Shown: one piece after another, positions 40,972 to 50,940 of the stretch
Layout: the number at the start of each line of letters is the position of its first letter
Numbering within the stretch: position 1 is the first letter of the stretch
DNA from: Bispira polyomma
Lineage: Eukaryota
Length of the DNA stretch: 64,000 bases
Direction of reading: 5' to 3'
Assembly (NCBI GenBank): GCA_965649765.1
Contig: OZ287759.1
Coordinates: forward strand, 1,550,001 to 1,614,000
The notes under the pieces: generated by a model
Database searches by the model: none
Told to the model about the DNA's origin: nothing
Seen by the model: only the letters and a program-made list of their open reading frames with translations
Made by a program: the position numbers and the translations under genes

Positions 40972-41859
40972 ACCTGGTACTGACTACATTCAGACAATTT
41001 AGTCTTCTATATTACTACTAATTATAGTATGGTATATAGTAAATAAATCATTCACAAATTTATTATTTTACCTAAAGAAAATTTTATTAGTTTAATATTT
41101 GCTAATCTTGAACATTTATTCACTTATGCAACAAATTGTAAAAGAGATAAAGTAGTTAGGTAATTGTTGCACATGTCTCTGTACTTACATTTAGGTTACA
41201 ACTCAACTCGGCTAATATTCTAAAGTGGAGGCTCAGACTACACTAAAATCACCTCATTAGCAGTGCCAGCAGCCACTGAAACTCTTTGTTCCTGTATCCT
41301 CCACAGTAGCCTTTTCTAACTCATTCACACAGTTGATGCTACTACTTGTTCTCATTTGTGGGTCTCCTTTCCTCTTCCTCTCCAAAAAGTCTCTCCTGAA
41401 TCTAATTGGACGTTTTAAGAGTGGCTTTCAGAAAAGACCCTTTATGTCCCATTTGGAAAGCCTAACAAAGCTTTTGTGGGTTCCCAATTGTGTTTTTAGG
41501 CAGAGATTATGCCTTCAAATGAATAAATTGGTGAAGTGTCTAAAGTTAAGGATTTTAAATCTGTTTCTCTGTATTGTTCTCTGCTGTTTTCTCTGCATTT
41601 GTCTCTTAATAGTATGCTAATATTCCACATCTATTATAACATTGATCTCTTACATTATACATATTTTTGGACTTTGGTATTAAAAATGAAGGTGAAGAGA
41701 GCTGAATTATTTTACCCAAGAAAAATATGCAGATGGAACTGAAACTTTTTTTCCTAAAATTTCATCTGGGTATATACTGAATCCTACGTCATTACGATTT
41801 ATGTCACTTACAGCAGCTTAAGTCATATCAAAATGGCCACACCAAATATTATCATACAT

Positions 41860-42610
41860 TTTTAACGTGCTTTATTAATCTATTCTATTAAATAGCACCA
41901 AGAAGATCAATGTTTTTGTGTGGTTGAGAGAGAGTGATAGACTTGATTATCATTAACATACGTGTGGTGTTTGATATTATGTTAATGATGACAGTGCTGA
42001 GGAGATGTGTATAGAGGGTGAAAATAGGGACCTAAGGACAGACCCCTGGGATACTGTGCATAGTAGTTTAATAGAGGATGATAAGTGATAATCTAATTAT
42101 TTTTTGGTGCTCTAAGGGTAAGACAAGATCTGATCCAGTCAAGGACATTGGCATTTACTCCAAACTGTTGTTTAAGGCTATTGCAAATAAGCCACGGTCA
42201 AGTGTATCAAAGACTGCTTAGAGATATAAACGGGTGTGGACCATGGTTTTGTTGTGGCCCAAGGCAAGGTTAATATCATTTTCGAAAGAAAAAAGGGCAC
42301 TTTCTGTAGCATGAAAATTTCTGTAGGTATATTGGTGACAGTTTTCAATGTTATGTGTGTTGAAGTGGTCAGAGATTTGTTGTACCACTGGTTGTTCGAC
42401 GAGTAAAGAGATCAAGCTGAGATTTGACACAGGACTGTAGTTTTTAAGTAGGTTTTTGTCAAGCCCTGGTTTTTTTTAGCGAGGGAGTAATATTAGCAGC
42501 TATAATTCAAGTGGGGAAAATATCATTACAAAGAGAAAAAATCATTATGTTGGTTACAGGTGTGACGAGAATACCGTCAGAAAGAGACAAACTTAGGTGT
42601 GGTGAGGATT
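41860..42610 (-). mobile_element. Decayed L2-clade LINE (paralog of 7790-8950)
   Basis: SNLSLIS...QYTYRNFHATESAL (ORF 42218-42430) and a PQGSVL motif at ~42030-42050. Confidence 0.75.
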
Positions 42611-43929
42611 TAGTAGTTGAAGAACCGCGGCTGAATCAATATATTGTTTGCTTTGAAACAGGTATTATCAATTTTTGTGGTCCCCACATTTGCTCCATAA
42701 ACATTCACATCCAATCTCCTTTAATGATGTGCATTAGTTGATAAATACAATTGACTTTGTCATCCATAGCTCCAGAACTGGTAATCAAAGTGCGATGTAT
42801 GAATATGATTAAAAGTCTCCTCTATTACTAGAAATGCAAAAAAATCCTGAATTCAAATTTTACTTACTCGTCTCTTTGTCTCTCTTCAAAAAACAATAAT
42901 AAATAGTACTTCTCTAGAAGAAACATTATTCTCACAGAAAAATCATTAGAGGGTAATGTTTGGAACAATTTGATGAAAATTTGATGAAAATTGGTAGTTT
43001 TGAGCACTGCATTTTTAACTTTTCGTACCAACCGCTTTTTTTCTAGTAATGGGCACTAGGCTTTAGATGGGAAGTAATCGCCAATAGGTCTTTTCTAAAA
43101 GTTCTAATATGCCTATTTTTATTTAGGACACCTTCTATTTTTATTGTTATTTTGTTTTTGCAATCTAATGGAGGGGAGGAAGTGGTGTTGTTGTGGTAAA
43201 TCACATGTCTCCGACCTCCGCAGTCATGGGTTCAAATCTTGGTCAAAAGCATCTATGTGGAAGAGTTGGCAGCAAAGTTTGGTAAAGGCTAACAAGCCTG
43301 TCAATATATGATACAAGACATCAGAAAGTTTTGTTTTAACCAAATCGTCTTTATTTTATGTTTATTAATATAGAATAAGCTTTTGGTGACCACAAAATAA
43401 CCACATATGGAGAAATGGCCAAAAATGTAATTTGTTAATCGAGCCAATAGATGCCGCCATGTTGTCAATTATTGTATCTCAGATGGGTCTGACTTAAATG
43501 AAGCTTAGAGCTTAATGCTCCTTGATGCCCAAATAGAGCATTATCATTGATCAACTTTCAATGGAACAACTGATATCTGATTACAGGATTTACTGAAGGA
43601 AATAAGTGAATCTATACTGATCTATGTATCCTTGGACAAAATCATTGATTGTGATCAGAGACAAAGTGCATGTTGTAAATTTAATATCAGTATCTCAGTA
43701 TTAGGTATCCTTTACCTTATGGATCAAGGGTGTGGGCGGATTCAGCATTTTTGTAAAGGGGGTTAACTCCTAGAACACACTTTATCCAACTATAAAGACA
43801 TTGTTGGTGTAGATAAATAAGACCAACTATTCTTAAAAGCAAAGATATTTTGCATGTTTACACTTGTCAAACTGATTCATTTTTTGAGCTTGAAATAAAT
43901 ACTATTTTATTGCGATAAACAATGTGTAT

Positions 43930-45850
43930 TGCGCACACATGGAAGTCCACCTACTTCCTCTGACAGCGTTGCAAGCTCATTCTTGTTTTGTTTATTTTAT
44001 TTCAGCCTTTCTGTGCCTAGTACTATCTACATTGGTTTAGGAGATTCATTACCGTCCATGCCGGATTTTGAACAGTTTTAGTACAGCACAACTGTTTGTT
44101 TGACCACCAACTTGGTCCTCTTGAGCAGTCTCTTACAACAGAAGACCAGCCATCAACTGCCATATACCCTATATAACTCAGCCCTATGACATTCTTATAG
44201 TTTGCAAGTGGTTCAGATATAAGTCCTAATATAGCATCAGATCAGAAGTTTTAAAGATGGGGTATAGACATTTGTGTAGAATTCTGAAGACAACCGCTAT
44301 TTTTGTCTCCCCTGTAAAGAAGACTTCCAGTAAGATGAATCTCAAGAAATAAGAGCGAATTAGCAGTGTTTGGTCCTCTTCAACAGTCTCTCACTAAAGT
44401 AGAAGACCAAACTCCAACTGTCATTGACCCTCTGCAGTCTGTTTAAATTAGTGCTCCTTCTGGTCCTGCCAAGCTCCACTTTTTGTGAAGAAGGGAAAGT
44501 TCATGACAAGCTCAGTCTTCAAGTAGATGTCAGAGCTGTCTTATCGTTGGACTTACACAGAGCTGAATAATTTAAGATGTTCCTGAGTAGGCATTTCCTT
44601 CAGATGGTGAGTTTTCATCCCATGATCAAGAAGGTCTAGATCTGTGTCTCATTCCTAGGTTTTGCTACAATTTTTCACAGTTTCCTATCTGAATTGTAGA
44701 TCTTGAGACGATACCAGCCCTGATTTCGTCCTTTTCTTACAATGCAGTACAAAGACAGCACCCCAGGTTAGCAGAGTAAACAAAAGTTCAGAATATCAGG
44801 TTGAGTCTTTTTTTCCAGTTTTAACTACATCTGACCCTTTGCAGACTCATCTACAGCGAATGAAACTTCTTGGTGACAGAAGATAGGATAACCCGAAATT
44901 TGCAAAAGTTCGATTGGATCAAGTTTCACAGAGATTTGCTTATCTCAGGCACAGTACCATGTATGCTTCAACCTCCAGGATAGATACAGTTTTGAAAGCT
45001 GTAGATCACCTTATTTTCACTGCGTTATATCCAGTATAGTAAGTGACAGTTCAAACCCCAGATATGTGAAAGATGTAGCCATGCTTTGACAGCAGCACAG
45101 CTTCTCACAGTCTTCTCAACAGGAATATCTACCAAGACAGTCGCGAAAAAGCAAATGGCTTTTAGAAGTTGTTAAATTGCTGATGTGTCCATGTTTTGTT
45201 TACAGTAGAACAGCTTGCATACATTATTCTGCCTTCTTACAGTCTTCTAAGCGGAGATCTCTAACAAAGACTGTGGCCATTTCACAAAGGACTTTCGACT
45301 AGCTGTGACTTTTAGAAGATGGGAGCCATTTTACAGTATGCTGAAATGGGATTTCTCAGCGTAGGCAAACAACATGGAGGTTGCCCGAAATAAAATGAAT
45401 TTCTCAAATATTGTGTACAAGGAATACTACTAGAAATGACACAACCCTAGTGCAGATGTGGTAAACCTTGGGTTTTCTTTCTCTACTTAATGGTAATGGT
45501 GTTGTTTTGACAGAACGTCTTGTCCAAATTTCAACACATGGAGATCTCTGGATTTTGTAGTGTTTTTAGCTAAGATAGGTATATTTGGGTGGCATTAGAC
45601 ATCTACTCTCGTTTTCTATTTAATTCAAAGATTCGTCAGATTCACAGAGATTCATCGGATTCATAGTGAGGAATTATCCATATGGGTGATAATGTCTGGC
45701 GCTAGGACCGACTTTTATATCCTTATTCCAACTCAGATACCGATTTTCTTGTACTAATTCCTCCAGCTTCTATGCAGTTTCATACCCTAATAAATTTTGG
45801 ATTCGCACAGATTCACTGTGGGGTAGGCGTTTTCTTGGAATTTCGACTGT
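43930..45850 (+). mobile_element. Possible very old DIRS1-type retrotransposon remnant
   Basis: Hand translation of ~45375-45690 gives GGCP..EFLKYCVQGILLEM and FQHME...WVALDI...HQRFIGF...YPYG, resembling the DIRS1 RT N-half. Heavily disrupted. Confidence 0.35.
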
Positions 45851-47716
45851 AGCTTTGATTTATTTCCTAATTCTATTAACCGCTAAAAACTATCCATTAT
45901 TGATCAACACAATCCTTCAAATTAAGTGATTATCCTTAATCAAGTAGGGTATTTCCTCTTTTGACAATGTTAATTAAACATCTTATTACTTCTGATAGCC
46001 TTTTAGAGGAATTCCAACTGTCACTGTGGAAAAGTAATGTCAATTTTACAAACCTCTTGAAGGAAATAACTAATTTATTGTTGGTTGGTTTTGTCAGTGT
46101 GCTGGATTACATGGCTTCAAGGGATATTATTGTACTTATAGCTGTAATTAATACAATTACTAACAAAATGAGACTGGACTGCAATTAATCTGCTTCAAAA
46201 AAAATAGTTGAACGGCCAATCAGCCATAGCAACAAAACTACTTGTTTAGCAGCTCAATAAAGCTCCAAGACACTTTAACTCTTCAATTATACTTTGGATG
46301 CTGACAAAATAAAAGTAGAAATAGTATAATTTTTTTCTATACATATTACTGTTTTTTTTTCAGACTAGTCATTGCAGGGGAACATTTACTTTTACATTTG
46401 TCCATTAGATAATTGTTAGCTTTAGTTTAGTTAGTTTTTTATAACCTAGTTTTTATCATACCTTGTGTTATAATCGGGATTGGCAGTTCACTGGAAATTA
46501 GTTTACCACATAAAGTTTACCACATTAAGTTTACCACATAAATGAAGGGCTAAGATTTGAACCTACAATTGCAGAGTTGGGAGGCCAGATAATGGTCTGA
46601 GTTCCACACTTAATTTGTTCCTGGTTTTTTCATTACTTGTGTATTCAAGTGATAAAGGCTTTCTTCAGAGGTAGCATTTATGTCATAAGGACACTACGTA
46701 TCAATACAAAATGTTTGATTTATATAAACAAGTCATGTATGTAGCCATTAACAAGACAAAGGTAGAAGGTTTTTAGCACATTTCTACTGTTAGTGCAAAA
46801 ATCCTAGGAGTCACTTTTGCTTCTGATTTCTCTCCATAATAAAATTCAGAATGGAGTTATTTGCAAGCATTATTTAAGTTGAAAATTGTCTCTTGATTCT
46901 CAATAAAGATTGGTCTGCTAGGCTTTTAAAGTACTGTACCAACCTTATTTGTGTTGTAAATTTATCCTTGATTCTTAGGGAAATTACTAATCTAGACATC
47001 TGTCACGGGAATTTAAGGAAAATGTTTTGATAATAGGTTACAGATAGCTGTAGTCACGAAAACACACACCACATAATACTTCCGGCATTCAATAACAACC
47101 TCACATATAATTTTTTCAAATGTAGAATTCTGTACCAACAAATTTATAGTTCGAATAACTGAAGGCAAATAAAATGTTTTTGGACTGTCGATTGCTTGCT
47201 GACCGAAACTTGTTCTAGGAGTAATAAATGCTGTCGGCTACTAACCAATAACATAGCGATGGAAGGGTTTATAAATAATGATTCACTTTTAAGGAGAGTT
47301 TATGCATAATGTGAGAGAGATTCATTTCAGCTTGGCAAAGCTAGGAATCATTTGGATATCAGCTTCTGTTTCATTTAAATTATGCTAATATTAGTCTTCT
47401 CTGTATCTCAAATCATGTACTTTTAAATGGAACATTTAATACCAGTACCAATTTAGCATGATGAAACTGTACAGTGTTTTGTTAATTTTTGGGTTTGATT
47501 TAGTGTAATTATTTTTCATACATATTGACTGGATTCTTTACACAAGAACCCTTCAGTAGGTGTCAAGAAATGAGGCTGATTAAAGTTGATCTAACTGATA
47601 TAAAATTTCTCATTGGAGATGAAGGGAGGTGTTTGTTGAAGTTTATTGAGTGAGATGTGGATCATTATGGGAGTGAATTTGGTTACTTACAAAAATTATA
47701 CCAAAGTATCTTTGGT

Positions 47717-48270
47717 ACAGTGCCCTACCCTAGTAAACTTGTAGATGTGGTGTAACACAGGAAAATAACAAGAAAGGTAGGTTTTGGGGATATTAGCTTT
47801 AATTTGACTATGTTATCACTAATAATTATTTACATACTGTGTAGTAAGGGGCCACCTTAGCCCCAAGAGTTTAGGAGAAGTTAAGAGTTTAAGGTGACCT
47901 TAACCTGAGGACAACAGGCCAAAGTGACCAAAGGGATTTTTAAAATTTAAGGGGTAGCCCTAGCTTGAAAGTTAGGGCTACCTAAGATTGAGTTTAAGGT
48001 TAAGGGTAGCCCTAACTTGGAAGTTAGGGTTACCAAAGATTGAAATTTTAAGGTTGAATTTAGGGGTAACCCTAACTTGAAGTTAGGGTAACCTTAGAAT
48101 GAGTTTAAGTTTAAGAAAAATGGTAACCTTAGATTTTATTTGAGGTTGCCAAAAGAGATTTAGTAAAGATGTAAAATGATTAAATTAGTATAAGGTAAGG
48201 TGGCCCCAAAATATTTATATTTAAGCATTATTATATTTTATTTGTATATAATGTATGTAAATAAAGCCCC
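47717..48270 (-). repeat. N4 repeat B2 (554 bp, 3' terminus)
   Basis: Matches 49371-49924 at a constant offset of 1654. Confidence 0.95.
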
Positions 48271-49179
48271 CAAAAAGGGTAAAATCGAAATTAAAAAACC
48301 ATGGTACTAGCTAAGAAACTAAAACCTGTGCTGCTCACTAATAAAGTCCATAAGAGTAGCAAAAACTCACTAAACCTTAAACCCCTAGCATATACAATTA
48401 CCATGGCTTACAGAGAACATGCATACAGACATGAGCAAAATATAAATCGAGTAGCTCTTGTCTTCCAGGAGGGCAGTGCTTGCTTGTATAGAGTTCATTC
48501 CTGACTGAGCCACAAGAGATCCATGAATCCAGTGTGCCTGAAACTACATGCTTACAGTTGAACATGTGATCACAAAGTTACCAAATGCACTTGCACACAA
48601 CATGATGTGCAATGCATTATAACGTTATACTAGCGACAACACGAGGTTGCGAAATACAAACATTTTACAAATCCAGTCCTCGTTGTGACGAGGAACAACA
48701 TTAATAGTTATACTTTACATGCTACTATGACAACAAAAAGGATGCGACTTCACATACTGTACACATATAAAATCGTGCTGCCTGACGCAGGACATTTGGC
48801 AACATTATCAATTTGATATACAACAAAGGGAAGACCCTGAAAACAATAAAGTAACATACATTGATAACTACAAAAGGAGACGCAACCTCAGCAGCAAGCA
48901 GCTACCTAAAATTAAGTGTTGGCCCCTAAGGGCCCTGGTGTTACCCAGAAAAGTATGGGAGATAAGTCACCTGAGGCCCCAGAAGGCCCCCAAGGGCGGG
49001 GAACTGTGAAGGCCAGCAGTAATGCATAACTCGTGGGCCCACAGCCCCGAGCCCCCACCCCCCTGCGCCAAGGTGTAAAGTGAGACTTCAGGAACCCCAG
49101 GGACTGCATGCCGCACTCCAGGGACGGACGCATAGCTGAAAACTACAGAGGAAGTAGTAGGGGCAAGTGGGTGGGTAAT

Positions 49180-49373
49180 GTAAAATATTAAAGATGGCGT
49201 TGTTGCCCAAATGACTTCAATAGTATAAGTGAGGATTCTAGCTAAAAAGCGGGAAAACAGAGGTTAATTAGTACACAAGTGACCAATTAGGAAGGGGTTC
49301 ATAGGGCATGAACCCAGGGTAGAAAATACTAGTAGCACTGAACTTGCTATCCCCTACGGCGCTACCCCGCACA
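49180..49373 (-). repeat. N4 repeat A2 (194 bp, internal)
   Basis: Matches 54714-54907 at a constant offset of 5534. Confidence 0.95.
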
Positions 49374-49924
49374 GTGCCCTACCCTAGTAAACTTGTAGAT
49401 GTGGTGTAACACAGGAAAATAACAAGAAAGGTAGGTTTTGGGGATATTAGCTTTAATTTGACTATGTTATCACTAATAATTATTTACATACTGTGTAGTA
49501 AGGGGCCACCTTAGCCCCAAGAGTTTAGGAGAAGTTAAGAGTTTAAGGTGACCTTAACCTGAGGACAACAGGCCAAAGTGACCAAAGGGATTTTTAAAAT
49601 TTAAGGGGTAGCCCTAGCTTGAAAGTTAGGGCTACCTAAGATTGAGTTTAAGGTTAAGGGTAGCCCTAACTTGGAAGTTAGGGTTACCAAAGATTGAAAT
49701 TTTAAGGTTGAATTTAGGGGTAACCCTAACTTGAAGTTAGGGTAACCTTAGAATGAGTTTAAGTTTAAGAAAAATGGTAACCTTAGATTTTATTTGAGGT
49801 TGCCAAAAGAGATTTAGTAAAGATGTAAAATGATTAAATTAGTATAAGGTAAGGTGGCCCCAAAATATTTATATTTAAGCATTATTATATTTTATTTGTA
49901 TATAATGTATGTAAATAAAGCCCC
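49371..49924 (-). repeat. N4 repeat B1 (554 bp, internal, overlaps A2 by 3 bp)
   Basis: Starts 9 bp after the YR stop and matches B2. Confidence 0.95.
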
Positions 49925-49933
49925 AAAGCCCAA

Positions 49934-50925
49934 CTAGGAAGTAGTGGAAGGGGAAAGGAGGGCCTTGAAGGTGAGGGTGACTTGGTCAGATGCATTGTGA
50001 TCCTGTACAATATATTTCCACACACAATCAGACGTCCAAGTGCCATGGCTCTGGATATCTTGAATTGGGACATTATTGTTGAAGGCCAAGGTGGCACCTG
50101 AACGCCTGAAGGTGTGGAAAGAAATGTTTGATTGCTGGAGGCCAAGATGCCTCAAAATTTGAGTGAGATTTTGTCTAGCTTGGGTGTCAATCATTGGGGA
50201 CCATTTATGGTCTTTTTTAAACTGAAAGAGAGGAGAATTTTTGTGTCCAGGAGTAATAGCTAGTAAGGCCCTTGTGGCAGCCACCGGACAAAGACTAGAG
50301 CCACTTAGGCTCGGTATTTTAATAACTTTTGCTACATTTTTTGACTGCATTGTTTTAGACCACTGTATTATGAGGTGGAGGCCAGGGGAGGCAAAAAGTA
50401 CGTCCCCCCGGGACAGTTGGACTAGTGGAGAGAATTGAGAGACAGCATGTGGAAGTAAGTTCGATATTCTAAGAAAAGAAAAGAAAGCAATGAGGTACAG
50501 AGCCTTGAAGACCTGCCCCATGTACATGCTGTCACAAATTTGAGTAATTTGGAGTAACAGGGGAATGTCAATAATAGCGTTAATTTTAGCCCTGAAGGGG
50601 CTATTGAGTGTGAGGGCTTTTTGGTAATACTTAATTCTAGGATCTGCAAATGCAGAGACGTCAAGGGCATAGAGGGCCAATTTAGCCTTAACCGCCGAGA
50701 GGTAGTTTGCAATGGAGGAGGAAGAGACATGATTAACCACTAATACTTCTAAGAAAGCCAATACAATGAGGGGGGAGATATTTTGAGGCCTGACCTGAGC
50801 AAAACTACAATAGGCCAAGAATATCCTAAACATATTTGTATAGGCCCTTTCAGTGGCTGGTCTAAAGGCCTGATGGGCTCTGTATGAGGCTTGTGTAGCA
50901 ATCTTTCTTAGCTTGGAAGGTACAT
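49934..50925 (-). CDS. N4 tyrosine recombinase (predicted exon 2 of a Gag-YR fusion; the open frame extends to 50980)
   Basis: Complete catalytic set: R (FLRISNL), K (WSKT), HxxR (HTFR), H/W (HGTW) and Y (VWKYI). Confidence 0.93.
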
Positions 50926-50940
50926 CTGCAATTAGATAGA

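Larger units (their letters stand above)
38441..43910 (+). repeat. Segmental duplication block, copy B (its left part is ~30410-31150, separated by the L2/N3 insertion)
   Basis: Colinear with copy A. 30410-31150 plus 38441-39180 is colinear with 57740-59071. Confidence 0.85.

Noticed and set aside
48915-49180. HDV-like ribozyme in the GC-rich spacer
   Set aside because: I could not build the nested double pseudoknot on either strand by eye. An Infernal or RNArobo search would be needed.
49600-49760. TTAGGG/CCCTAA hexamers as telomeric repeats, or the unit array as CRISPR
   Set aside because: The hexamers are isolated arms of hairpins and not tandem. The units have no unique spacers and the DNA is eukaryotic.
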